64,000 nucleotides of DNA, taken from positions 64,001 through 128,000 of the IMG/VR virus record IMGVR_UViG_3300010340_000989; one strand, 5' to 3'. This document shows, one piece after another, positions 29,431 through 39,295 of the stretch. How positions within the stretch are numbered: position 1 is the stretch's first letter; the number at the start of each line of letters is the position of its first letter. The translations under genes were made by a program, and so were the position numbers. The notes below the pieces were generated by a model. That model ran no database searches and was not told where the DNA came from. It was given only the letters and a program-made list of their open reading frames with translations. The stretch is from a virus (lineage: Duplodnaviria > Caudoviricetes).

Positions 29431-29938
29431 CTTTTATTTTCTGTAAGTATGAGATTAGTTTAAGTAATTCAGTATCATCTGAATCATCTGTAAATTCCTT
29501 TATTAAAATTAAGTTACCATAGTTATTAACAGCGGTTTCTTTTTTATCATCAATTATTAAAATATTATTTAAATCATATCCACTCTTCTTCAATTTATTA
29601 AGATTTTTTATGCCATAGTAATCCGAGTAATCGTAACTAAGTTTGATAGTACATTTATCTTTTGTATAAAAGAACTTTAATGATGATTCTAATATTCCGA
29701 TGTTTTTTATAATTTCTTTTGCGTAATCTTCTCCTGCTGCAGTCCAGATTGCAACATCAAAATTTTCATAAGCAAAATCTAAAAACTGATCAAGATAAGG
29801 ACGTTTTTTAGTATAATATAAAGATTTTCCATTTCCTTTAAACTTAAAATCATAATCATACTTATCTGCATATTCATCTGGAACATTTTCAGTATGGATT
29901 AGAGTTTCATCAATATCAAGAATTAAAAGAGGTTTCAT
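29384..29938 (-). CDS. HAD phosphatase, FCP1/NIF family
   Basis: LILDIDETLIH, KRPYL..FL, IWTA, IIDD, D.ELL.L. Confidence 0.9.
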   Translation of the reverse strand: MKPLLILDIDETLIHTENVPDEYADKYDYDFKFKGNGKSLYYTKKRPYLDQFLDFAYENFDVAIWTAAGEDYAKEIIKNIGILESSLKFFYTKDKCTIKLSYDYSDYYGIKNLNKLKKSGYDLNNILIIDDKKETAVNNYGNLILIKEFTDDSDDTELLKLISYLQKIKDEPNYRRIEKRGWSV

Positions 29939-29941
29939 TTA

Positions 29942-30532
29942 TTATATATTTTTTAAATACTTTTTATTCACAAAATAGAGTAAAAACCCAGTTAATGCAC
30001 CACCTACGTGTGCCCAATGTCCTACACCATCTGATGTTGAAAACATACCAAGTAATACTTCTATGACAATCAATGCACCAACCATATATTTTGCTTTGAT
30101 TCCAATTGGGATAAAGAATAAATATAGTTTTTCATTTGGATGAATGATTGAGAATAATACAAGCAATCCAAATAAAGCACCAGATGCGCCAACCATAGGT
30201 ATATTTACACTATTTGTTAATGACATATGTAATAGTGCAGAACCTATTCCACATAGTAAGTAAAATGGTACAAACTTCTTCTCACCAAGAAATTTCTCAA
30301 CGAATGGACCTATACTTAGTAGAGCTAACATATTAAATATAATATGAATAAATCCAGCATGTAAAAATTGATGTGTGATAAGTTGCCAAGGATAAAAGTT
30401 ATCACCTTTATATGACCATTGTGCAAAATATTCAAATACACTGAAATTTATACAAGCTAATATTAGCGTGAGTGAAAAAGCCAGTACATTGATCCAAAAG
30501 ATTTTTTTAATTAGAGGTGTTCCTTCAAACAT
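29942..30532 (-). CDS. rhomboid intramembrane serine protease
   Basis: WQL.T..FLH...HI.FNM, GASG, AHVGG. Confidence 0.92.
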   Translation of the reverse strand: MFEGTPLIKKIFWINVLAFSLTLILACINFSVFEYFAQWSYKGDNFYPWQLITHQFLHAGFIHIIFNMLALLSIGPFVEKFLGEKKFVPFYLLCGIGSALLHMSLTNSVNIPMVGASGALFGLLVLFSIIHPNEKLYLFFIPIGIKAKYMVGALIVIEVLLGMFSTSDGVGHWAHVGGALTGFLLYFVNKKYLKNI

Positions 30533-30568
30533 ATTTTTTTATTTAGAACACAAATATACAAATAAAAT

Positions 30569-30928
30569 CTAAGATAACAAGTTTTTTATTTTCACATCAC
30601 GTTGAATATTCTTTATTATATTCAGTTTTTCCATATGATCTTCATATATTTGTGATGATGGATCCATCAAAGTCCTTGATGTCCATCTTTTTAACTTTTC
30701 AGTTAAATAAATTAATTCAATTTCAGTAATTTCTTTAGAATTATATTTCAACCAATCTTTTTGTATATAATCTGGCATTTTCTCAATATCATTGAATTTA
30801 TCTAAAGAATCTGTTAATATCATATATCTATCATCATTCTTAATTATAAGATGCACTATCTTAACTAGTGATTGATCATCATAGTATTCAAGATGAGTCA
30901 CATATTCACCAAATGGTAGGTCTTTCAT
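30569..30928 (-). CDS. hypothetical protein with C-terminal RxxK tag
   Basis: Ends RDVKIKNLLS. Confidence 0.7.
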   Translation of the reverse strand: MKDLPFGEYVTHLEYYDDQSLVKIVHLIIKNDDRYMILTDSLDKFNDIEKMPDYIQKDWLKYNSKEITEIELIYLTEKLKRWTSRTLMDPSSQIYEDHMEKLNIIKNIQRDVKIKNLLS

Positions 30929-32265
30929 TTGAATTTCTTTTTAAGTTCAGATAAATCATCAATATACATATCTTTTGGTTCTATAAGTTTAAGTTTTTCA
31001 ATTTCTTCTTTCTTAGAAGCAAAATCTTCTTTCAACTTATCAAACATTTCTTTAGTTAAAGAATAGATTGCCATTCTTAAAAGATAATCATAAGATCCAT
31101 CTATCATTTCAATAGCTAGTGATTCTATTTGAGATATAATCTCTTCTTTAGATTTGTTATTAACAATAATCTTACCATCTAAAATAGCTTTGATAAATTT
31201 ACCACGGTTTCCTAAAATTTTAAGCTCATATTGTAACTTATTAAGTTGATGATCTTTTCTAATTTGATAATATGATAATCTAAAATCAACAAAGTATTTT
31301 ATGATATCATCAACACTTTCGAATATTTTTAATTTTCCAGTTTCATCAAGTGTATTGAAATTCTCAGTCTCTGATTCTACTAATTTCAGTAAGTTAAATA
31401 GTTTATCATCTGAAAGTGTATCTAAACCAGCTCTTGTAAATTTAATTGTGTAATCGACATTATCTTTACAATTATCTTCATAAGATACAATATCTTTATT
31501 TTCCACTAATTTATCAAGTATTTCTTCATATTTTTCATATGTCATTGAAGGTGGTAGTTCTGTTATTTTAACAGTAGAGGAATTAGCTCTTTCAAATTTA
31601 CCTCTTATATACCATTTCTTACTATTTTCAGTATCTTGTGTATAAGTACCTGTAAATCCAATTAGAGATGGTTTAACAGTAGTAATTTTTTTACCATTTA
31701 AGTATTTAACACAAACATCTATAATTTCTTTAACATCTCTATTTAATATATTAGAAGCAAATCCAACTGCAATACCAGAACCACCATTTATTAAAACCGT
31801 TGGAATAATAGGTAAAAAGAATTTGGGTTCAATTTTTTCACCTTCTTCTTCTTTATATTCAAGTAATTCAAAATCTTTATACATAAGTCTAAAATTAGGA
31901 CTTAATTTAGTACCAATATATCTTGGAGCACCAGCTTGTGGAGATCTTAAAGATCCGAATTGACCATCTTCTTCTAAGAGTGGAGCATTGTTTTTAAATT
32001 TCTGTGCTAAATTAATAATAGCGTTTGATAAAGACATATCACCATGATGATAAAAAGCATCAGAAGCAACTTTACCAGATAATTGAAAAACTTTTAAATT
32101 TTTCTCAGTTCCTGTTTTCCAAACAAGATTGGATATATGAATAATTTTCCTTTGAGTAGGCTTAAAACCATCTATGACCGATGGTATAGCTCTTCCTTCA
32201 ATAGAATAAAGTGCAAACTCTTTGTATTCATTAGATAAGAATTCTGTTATTGATTTTTCAATCAT
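30925..32265 (-). CDS. DNA topoisomerase II, GyrA/ParC-like subunit (T4 gp52-like)
   Basis: RAIP...DGFKP.QRK, YHHGD, GQFGS, APRYI catalytic Tyr; no CTD pinwheel. Confidence 0.93.
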   Translation of the reverse strand: MIEKSITEFLSNEYKEFALYSIEGRAIPSVIDGFKPTQRKIIHISNLVWKTGTEKNLKVFQLSGKVASDAFYHHGDMSLSNAIINLAQKFKNNAPLLEEDGQFGSLRSPQAGAPRYIGTKLSPNFRLMYKDFELLEYKEEEGEKIEPKFFLPIIPTVLINGGSGIAVGFASNILNRDVKEIIDVCVKYLNGKKITTVKPSLIGFTGTYTQDTENSKKWYIRGKFERANSSTVKITELPPSMTYEKYEEILDKLVENKDIVSYEDNCKDNVDYTIKFTRAGLDTLSDDKLFNLLKLVESETENFNTLDETGKLKIFESVDDIIKYFVDFRLSYYQIRKDHQLNKLQYELKILGNRGKFIKAILDGKIIVNNKSKEEIISQIESLAIEMIDGSYDYLLRMAIYSLTKEMFDKLKEDFASKKEEIEKLKLIEPKDMYIDDLSELKKKFK

Positions 32266-32356
32266 TATATTTTTTTAGTTTTTTATTCAGTATATATAAT
32301 CGTAAATTTTGATTTGTTTAAAACAAGGTTTAAAAACATACATATATATAACTATC

Positions 32357-34192
32357 ATGAGTATAGAAAAGAAATTTAGAAAATTAGACGATGTTTCACA
32401 CGTTTTGCTTAGACCTGGTATGTATATTGGTTCTATCAAACCACACACAGCAAAGAAATATCTGTTTGATGAAGGAAAGATGATTCAAAAAGAGATAACC
32501 TATAATCCAGGTTTTCTCAAAATATTTGATGAAATTATTACCAATTCTGTTGACGAACACAAAAGAGAAGGTTCAAAGCTTAATATAATTAAGGTGACAT
32601 TAACTGATAATATCATATCAGTTTGGGATAATGGAGGAATACCAGTTGTAAAACACGAAGAACACGGTGAGTGGATCCCAGAGATGATATTCTCAAATCT
32701 TAAAGCAGGATCTAATTTCAATGATGATGAGAGTAGAACCGGAGCAGGTACTAATGGTGTTGGTTCAACACTAACTAATATTTACTCAAATGAGTTCTCA
32801 ATATCAACTTGTGATGGTAAAAATCTATTCACACAAACTTTCAAGAACAATATGAGAGAAAAGGGTGATATTAAGATAAAAAAATCAACAAAAAACTTTA
32901 CAGAAATTTATTACACACCAGATTATGAAAAATTTGGATTAAATGGATTAGATGAATCACACTCTAAAATGATTCAAAAAAGAGTTATTGATATTGCTGG
33001 ATGTAATCCAGGTATTAAAGTTTATTTTAATAATGATTTAATAACTTTGAAATCATTTGAAGATTATGTCAAGTTTTATAAACCAACATACTTTTATGAA
33101 ACAAATAAAGATAAATCTTGGTCAATAGCTATTGCACCAACATCTGAAGGATTTCAACAAATATCATTTGTTAATTCAACTGATACTTATGATGGTGGAT
33201 CTCACGTTGATTACATATTAAATCAAATAATTTCTGAGATGAGAGAATTCTTTCAGAAGAAACATAAAGTAGATGTTAAACCATCTGAGTTTAAGAATCA
33301 CATTTCGATCTTTATTAATTCAACGGTTGTTAATCCTAGTTTTTCATCACAAACAAAAGAAAAGCTAATCACCGAGGTTAAAGACTTTGGATATACATAT
33401 CAAGTACCAGAAAAACTAATTAAATCAATTTTAAAATCTGAAATAGTTGATTCTATATTAGATTGGGTTCAACAAAAGAAAAATGCAGATGATAATAAAT
33501 TAGCTCGTGAATTAAATAAAAATCTATCAAAAATTAAAGTTGAAAAGTTAATTGATGCTAAAAATAAAGATAGATGGAAATGCTCAATGGGTATATTCGA
33601 AGGTGATTCAGCTATATCTGCATTTAGAAAGTATAGAGAACCTCAGTTTATGGGAGCCTTCGCACTTAAAGGTAAATTTACAAATGTATCAGAACTAACA
33701 AATCAAAAGTTGGTTCAAAATAACGAAGTTGTTAATTTAATGGCAGCTTTAGGTTTAAAGTTAGGGCAAAAGCCTGATTTAAGAGATTTAAGATATGGTA
33801 AAATACTTTTTTATGTTGATGCTGATGTCGATGGTAATTCAATTGCTGGACTTCTTTTAAACTTCTTTAATAAGTATTGGCCTGATTTATTTGACCGAAA
33901 TATGGTCTATAAAGTTGAAACTCCTATCGTTGTAACAATAAACAAGAAATCAAAGAAAAAGTTATTATTCTATACACAAACAGAATATAATGATTGGTCA
34001 TTAAAAGAAGATTTAAAACTTTGGGAGATTAAATATAAAAAAGGTCTTGCGGCACTTGTTGATGATGAATATCAAGAAATTATAAATAATCCAAAATTAA
34101 CAAAGATTACTAAGGATGAGTTATCAGATGAGTATTTAGATATCTGGTTTGGTAAAAACTCAGAACTTAGAAAAAATCAAATATTGAACTAA
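32357..34192 (+). CDS. DNA topoisomerase II, ATPase/TOPRIM subunit (T4 gp39+60-like)
   Basis: HVLLRPGMYIGS, EIITNSVD, GTNGVG, EGDSA, DADVDG, YKKGL; ATG at 32357. Confidence 0.93.
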   Translation: MSIEKKFRKLDDVSHVLLRPGMYIGSIKPHTAKKYLFDEGKMIQKEITYNPGFLKIFDEIITNSVDEHKREGSKLNIIKVTLTDNIISVWDNGGIPVVKHEEHGEWIPEMIFSNLKAGSNFNDDESRTGAGTNGVGSTLTNIYSNEFSISTCDGKNLFTQTFKNNMREKGDIKIKKSTKNFTEIYYTPDYEKFGLNGLDESHSKMIQKRVIDIAGCNPGIKVYFNNDLITLKSFEDYVKFYKPTYFYETNKDKSWSIAIAPTSEGFQQISFVNSTDTYDGGSHVDYILNQIISEMREFFQKKHKVDVKPSEFKNHISIFINSTVVNPSFSSQTKEKLITEVKDFGYTYQVPEKLIKSILKSEIVDSILDWVQQKKNADDNKLARELNKNLSKIKVEKLIDAKNKDRWKCSMGIFEGDSAISAFRKYREPQFMGAFALKGKFTNVSELTNQKLVQNNEVVNLMAALGLKLGQKPDLRDLRYGKILFYVDADVDGNSIAGLLLNFFNKYWPDLFDRNMVYKVETPIVVTINKKSKKKLLFYTQTEYNDWSLKEDLKLWEIKYKKGLAALVDDEYQEIINNPKLTKITKDELSDEYLDIWFGKNSELRKNQILN

Positions 34193-34629
34193 TGGCACTT
34201 CCGAATTTTGCAAAAATTAAAGAACCGATTTATTCAAACCTTTTTGAATTCATATTAATTACAGAGAATTTTCATATGAAAGAATTAACTTATGAACTAT
34301 CATATGTTAATACTATTGATGAAAATAAAATTCATATTAGTTTTCTAATTGACACAACAAATTTTAAACATTTAAATTTTGATAATTTTCTAAAAGATAT
34401 AAAATATGTCATACACGTCTCACATTCTAAGAATGGTGAGACTATTGCTCAATTTTTGATAGGTGTTAAGTTCATAAAATCTGAAATAAATTTTTCACAT
34501 AACGATTCTAAAATATTAGAAGTAAAGTTAGAATTAGATAATTTATCTTGTGAGGAAATCGACGTTCCAGTTTGTGAGTCTTATATAAAGTCTATACAAA
34601 GAGATTATAAATTGAAAGGTTTAATATAA
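34192..34629 (+). CDS. hypothetical protein (N-terminus reminiscent of tail-tube proteins) with C-terminal RxxK tag
   Basis: MALPNF...EPIYSNLFE; ends RDYKLKGLI. Confidence 0.55.
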   Translation: MALPNFAKIKEPIYSNLFEFILITENFHMKELTYELSYVNTIDENKIHISFLIDTTNFKHLNFDNFLKDIKYVIHVSHSKNGETIAQFLIGVKFIKSEINFSHNDSKILEVKLELDNLSCEEIDVPVCESYIKSIQRDYKLKGLI

Positions 34630-34648
34630 TTTATTATATTTGTGAGTT

Positions 34649-34984
34649 ATGAGAACTCGCTCGTGGAGAAGATATAAGTTAGAGATTATTGTTAGGAGAA
34701 GACTTAAAAAGTTTAGCTCTGGGTCCAGAAACTGGTCTTATTGGACACCTAATGGTGATAAAATTAAATCTCCTATTTGGTCTGATGAAATTGGATCACA
34801 AGATTCTTTTTTTTATAAAACCGGAGTAACAAGAAGATGTGATAGTAGATATGAAATTAAATACTCACCTAATCGTAAATATTCATATTATAGAGATAAA
34901 AAAAAGCGTGGAGACTCCTTAGGAACTCGTGAATCGGATAAAATACAATTCTTAAAAATACTTAAAGAAAATGGACTTAAATAA
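34649..34984 (+). CDS. basic hypothetical protein
   Basis: TTG-N20-TATATTTG at 34612-34642. Confidence 0.65.
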   Translation: MRTRSWRRYKLEIIVRRRLKKFSSGSRNWSYWTPNGDKIKSPIWSDEIGSQDSFFYKTGVTRRCDSRYEIKYSPNRKYSYYRDKKKRGDSLGTRESDKIQFLKILKENGLK

Positions 34985-35501
34985 CATCATACCAAATAAT
35001 GGTGAATGGAGAGTCTCTAAAAATAGAGGTTTTAAGAAAAATATTGCTTGGATTCCAGTATTTGATATAATTGATGATAATTTAATACATATTTTTCTTG
35101 ATGTTAGAATATCTAAAGACATTCTAAAATTAGTTAAGAACTTACAAAAAACAGATATAGAATTTTATTTTATATCACCTTTATTTTCAGATCCAGGATT
35201 TAAAGGAGATTTCAACGAGGAGAATATTAATAACTATCTTAGAGGATATTCTAAATCTCAATTTTATGATGGATTTGAGAAAATAGAATTCGATTTTATT
35301 GGAAATTTGATTGAATATTGTAAAAAAGAAAATTGTATTGAATTAGTAAAAGATATATACCTAATAATTAATAAAGATGTTCAAATGAAAGTTTATAATT
35401 ACTACACTAATGAAAAACTTTTTAAACATAAACGTGAAGATATAAGAGAAACATTTAATCAATTATATAGAGATATACAATTACAACAAATATTAAGATA
35501 A
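34971..35501 (+). CDS. hypothetical protein with C-terminal tag
   Basis: Ends RDIQLQQILR. Confidence 0.7.
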   Translation: MDLNNIIPNNGEWRVSKNRGFKKNIAWIPVFDIIDDNLIHIFLDVRISKDILKLVKNLQKTDIEFYFISPLFSDPGFKGDFNEENINNYLRGYSKSQFYDGFEKIEFDFIGNLIEYCKKENCIELVKDIYLIINKDVQMKVYNYYTNEKLFKHKREDIRETFNQLYRDIQLQQILR

Positions 35502-35749
35502 TGAATCATAAGCAAAGAGAAATATTAGAAGAACAAGATTATTGGGTCTGGGATTTTGACTATGAAAATGAGAGTAATTTTGATTATCACATGGATTATT
35601 ATATATCATACGATAGATTAGAAAATGGATTGGTCGACTGGTCAGAAGAAATACCACAATCAGTTAAAAGACAACATAAAATCGATCAAATACTAAATGA
35701 AGATTTAGAAGATACTGATAATAATTTAGGAAAATTCTGGCCTAAATAA
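35501..35749 (+). CDS. acidic hypothetical protein with near-C-terminal tag
   Basis: RQHKIDQIL. Confidence 0.65.
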   Translation: MNHKQREILEEQDYWVWDFDYENESNFDYHMDYYISYDRLENGLVDWSEEIPQSVKRQHKIDQILNEDLEDTDNNLGKFWPK

Positions 35750-37310
35750 CTCTTAAATATCTCGGAGTATCAAATTTATCAGTTTGAATTGATAAAGCGT
35801 ATCTCATAATTTTTGTAATAGTATTATTAGCAATGTCTGGATCTTGACTATAAATTTGTGACATTGCTACTACAATTTGTAAAGATTGTATTTTAGAAAT
35901 TAGTTTATTTTTATTACCACCAATATTAGTAGATCTAGGTGATGATGTATTTAATAATAAAGTATCTGGTGTTATTTCATCAATCTTTACTTTTAAATCT
36001 GAAGCAATAGTTTCCAATTCAGAAGATTCTAAAGTTGATAATTGAGTAGTAGTTTGTATTTCTTGGAAAGTTAATTGACTTCTAACAGAATCAATTATTC
36101 TTTTCATCGCAGCAAATGAAATTTTACCATGTCTTGAAGAAGAACCTTCAACTTCACCATCAATATCTTGTTTCTTTGAAGTATCAGATGAATCTAAATT
36201 CAAAATTCTAGATTTATGATCCACATCCTTATTATTTCTATATTTCCAAGTAGAAAAAGTAGATATTTTTGATCCAATTCCTTTTAAAGGGTTATTATTT
36301 GTCATTAAAGTTGATATTTCAAACTCAGGTAATTCCTTATCAGCCTCACGATTTGTTATTATTTTAAAGTCTGCACTTTTATCAATCTTTTTCAATGATA
36401 TAGGTAATAATTTCCTTGAATCAAAGTATCTATCCATAACCGAATTTAATTCTACTATATTAGTAGTAGATTTAATATCTTTAATTATATCATCTTTACT
36501 GATAAACGATACCATATAGACATCAGCAGGACACCATTTTGTTATGTTAATATCTTTAAATCGACCAGCTACTGATAATTTCTTATATTGATTAGCTAAA
36601 GTTACATAAATAGAATCAACATCTTTATTACCAACGTGATATATGGTATATAATTCATTATGATCTAAATAATTATATCTTTTAGACCATAACTTATTTG
36701 GTATTCTATAAAAAGTAGACAACCAATTTTCATCTTGAAGAAAGTCTTCTAAAAGTTCTTCATCTATTCTTATTTCGGAATTCAATTTTAATAATGTTCC
36801 ATTTTCAGATATTTCTTTATACTTTCTGAAAAAGTTAAATATATTATTTCGATTTATTAATTTATCAGGATAAGCTTGTTTTATAGCTAAAAATAAACAT
36901 TGTATAGATTCAAATTGTCTTGTCAATCTACCAGAACCCTTAGACCCAAATTCTTTAGTTTTTTTAAACTGATTTAGTTGATATTCTTCTTCTTCTTCAT
37001 CCATGAAAACTTTTATAAATCTTCCTTTTCCCTTACCTTTTTTAAAATAAGATTGAGCTTTATCAATATCATAATTACCTTCTGTATCAGTTATGTTATC
37101 AATTGCGTCTTCTGGTTCAACCCAAACACCATCATCTTTCATTTTGTCAATCGTGACATTCTTATCCTTTATAGTAGTTATTGGCTCATGATTTTTTAAT
37201 TTTTTAATTAAAACATTCCCTCTAAATTGACCATCTTTGGTTTTACCAAGCTCAGCAAGAGTCAGTTCGGCTTCTTCAAAAAACTTATCAAATTTTATTA
37301 TCTTAGGCAT
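35742..37310 (-). CDS. putative PD-(D/E)xK-type nuclease-like protein with N-terminal leader
   Basis: FESIQC, KWCPADVY...PISLKK; starts MPKIIKFDKFFEE. Confidence 0.55.
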   Translation of the reverse strand: MPKIIKFDKFFEEAELTLAELGKTKDGQFRGNVLIKKLKNHEPITTIKDKNVTIDKMKDDGVWVEPEDAIDNITDTEGNYDIDKAQSYFKKGKGKGRFIKVFMDEEEEEYQLNQFKKTKEFGSKGSGRLTRQFESIQCLFLAIKQAYPDKLINRNNIFNFFRKYKEISENGTLLKLNSEIRIDEELLEDFLQDENWLSTFYRIPNKLWSKRYNYLDHNELYTIYHVGNKDVDSIYVTLANQYKKLSVAGRFKDINITKWCPADVYMVSFISKDDIIKDIKSTTNIVELNSVMDRYFDSRKLLPISLKKIDKSADFKIITNREADKELPEFEISTLMTNNNPLKGIGSKISTFSTWKYRNNKDVDHKSRILNLDSSDTSKKQDIDGEVEGSSSRHGKISFAAMKRIIDSVRSQLTFQEIQTTTQLSTLESSELETIASDLKVKIDEITPDTLLLNTSSPRSTNIGGNKNKLISKIQSLQIVVAMSQIYSQDPDIANNTITKIMRYALSIQTDKFDTPRYLRVI

Positions 37311-37390
37311 AATCTATATATTAAAGTCTATATCTACAAATAAAAACTAAATTTAATTTGAAGACTATAACAATAAAATAAAAATATCTA

Positions 37391-38359
37391 ATGGTATTAA
37401 ATTGCATAATTGACGGAAATTATATACTTTCAAGATTAGTATTCACACTACATAAAAATAATCTATTATATGGTGCGCTTACACAATCATTAGAAAATAC
37501 TATAACAAACTACAAAAAACTATATCCATTTTCAAATGTCTATTTGGTTTCGGATTCAAAAGAAAAATCTTGGAGAAAATCTTTAAATTCTAATTACAAA
37601 GCTAATCGTAAGAAAGATTCAGATATTGACTGGGCTTTTGTTTATAAAGCTTATGATGAATTTAAACAGAATTTAAAAGGAACAAAATTACTTGAATCAC
37701 CTACTATTGAAGGTGATGATTGGATATCATTTTTAGTTCAAAAAACTAATGATATGAATCAATCTAATTTTATTGTCTCAAATGATCATGATATTAAACA
37801 ACTTATAAAATTCAATCTCGATTCTGAGTGGATTAATTTTATGAGTAATGAAATGTATAATCAAGAAAAGATTTTTCTACCAAAAAATTATCAAATTTTT
37901 TTAAATAAAATTAGCCAAAAAAATAATAATGACATTTTTGATCTAAATGATAATAGTGAGTTTTTATCATTAATGAATCGATTTGTAAATAGATATCAAC
38001 TATCTGAGATTTCTAATTTAGAATCATTATTGATTAAAATTATTTCTGGAGATACTAGTGATAATATACAATCTGTATATCAGACAAATAAATCTGGTAA
38101 AGTTAGAGGAATAGGACCGAAAGGTGCTTATTCTATCTATGAATCATATATTTCAGAATTTGGAGACCCATCTTTACAGGATCCAGACCTTTTTGAAAAT
38201 ATTGCTGATTTAATTTGTGAAAAGAAAAAGATTTCTAAAACAAACATTGAAAATATAGTGGGTAGAATTCAAGATAATATGAAATTAATTGATTTAAGAA
38301 TTGACAACTTTCCGGATGAAATTGTCAATACCATGATAAAAGTTTATAATAATATTTGA
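37391..38359 (+). CDS. 5'-3' exonuclease / T4 RNase H-like flap endonuclease
   Basis: IDGN, SWRK...YKANR, EGDD, SNDHD..QL, GDTSDNI, GIG.K, N..LIDL. Confidence 0.88.
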   Translation: MVLNCIIDGNYILSRLVFTLHKNNLLYGALTQSLENTITNYKKLYPFSNVYLVSDSKEKSWRKSLNSNYKANRKKDSDIDWAFVYKAYDEFKQNLKGTKLLESPTIEGDDWISFLVQKTNDMNQSNFIVSNDHDIKQLIKFNLDSEWINFMSNEMYNQEKIFLPKNYQIFLNKISQKNNNDIFDLNDNSEFLSLMNRFVNRYQLSEISNLESLLIKIISGDTSDNIQSVYQTNKSGKVRGIGPKGAYSIYESYISEFGDPSLQDPDLFENIADLICEKKKISKTNIENIVGRIQDNMKLIDLRIDNFPDEIVNTMIKVYNNI

Positions 38360-38360
38360 T

Positions 38361-38750
38361 ATGGCTGAACTCATAGATGTTGCGAATGCTATGTTTAGAA
38401 ACAAGAAAAATTGGAAAAATATAACCGATTTAGATAAAGAAAAGTACTTTTTTATCTTTAATCGATATTTTTCCAAAAAATATCCAACAAAGTCACAAAT
38501 ATTGAATAATAAGAATATAGATAAAAGTAGTGCCTTAGATTTATGGTATTATTTTATGTTGGATAAAGGATATCCTGATTGGTTTTGGTCTAAGAGTCCA
38601 AAATTTGAAAAATCCGATATATCAGATATCGATTTTAAATTACTTTTTCTTAAACTAGGACTTAATAAAGAACAAGATTTAATATATTTATTAGAGAAAT
38701 ATCCAGATATTATTCAAGAAGAATTGAAATTTTATAAAACAAAAAAATAA
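38361..38750 (+). CDS. hypothetical protein, possibly clamp-loader small subunit (gp62-like)
   Basis: F..NRYFS...W pattern and replication-gene context; weak. Confidence 0.35.
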   Translation: MAELIDVANAMFRNKKNWKNITDLDKEKYFFIFNRYFSKKYPTKSQILNNKNIDKSSALDLWYYFMLDKGYPDWFWSKSPKFEKSDISDIDFKLLFLKLGLNKEQDLIYLLEKYPDIIQEELKFYKTKK

Positions 38751-38753
38751 ATT

Positions 38754-39293
38754 ATGGCAGAATCAAAGCAATGGTACGCAATTAGAACACAAAATAATAG
38801 AGAAAAAAGTGTTTTAGAAAAACTTAATCTTGAATTATCAAGATCAGGATTGACAGATATAATGGGAAGACATATTATTCCAACCGAAAAAGTCTATAGT
38901 GTTAAAAATGGGAAAAGAATTGCTAAAGAAAAAATTCTTTATCCAGGATATATTTTTATTGAAATTTCACATATAGGTGAAATTAATAATTTTTTAAAAG
39001 GAATTAATGGATCAGCAGGGTTTGTAAGAACTAAAAGTGGTGATATAAATCCTCTTAAAGAATTTGAAGTAAAAAGAATGTTAAAGGATCAGGAAAGTAA
39101 TGATAATATTATTACTTATGGTAATTTGTTTTCAGTTGGTGAAGAAATTAAAGTCATTGATGGAGCTTTTACCACATTCAAAGGTAGTGTAAAAAGTATT
39201 GACGAGGATAAGAAAAAAATTAAAGTTGAAGTCTTAATTTTTAGTAGACCAACAATGGTTGAATTAGATTTTCTTCAAGTAGAAAGGGTATAA
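38754..39293 (+). CDS. nusG: transcription termination/antitermination factor NusG
   Basis: WYAIRT...E, LYPGYIFIE, GFV, PL..EV; KOW GEEIKVIDGAF..F.G, V.IFSRPT.VELDF.QVE. Confidence 0.92.
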   Translation: MAESKQWYAIRTQNNREKSVLEKLNLELSRSGLTDIMGRHIIPTEKVYSVKNGKRIAKEKILYPGYIFIEISHIGEINNFLKGINGSAGFVRTKSGDINPLKEFEVKRMLKDQESNDNIITYGNLFSVGEEIKVIDGAFTTFKGSVKSIDEDKKKIKVEVLIFSRPTMVELDFLQVERV

Positions 39294-39295
39294 AT

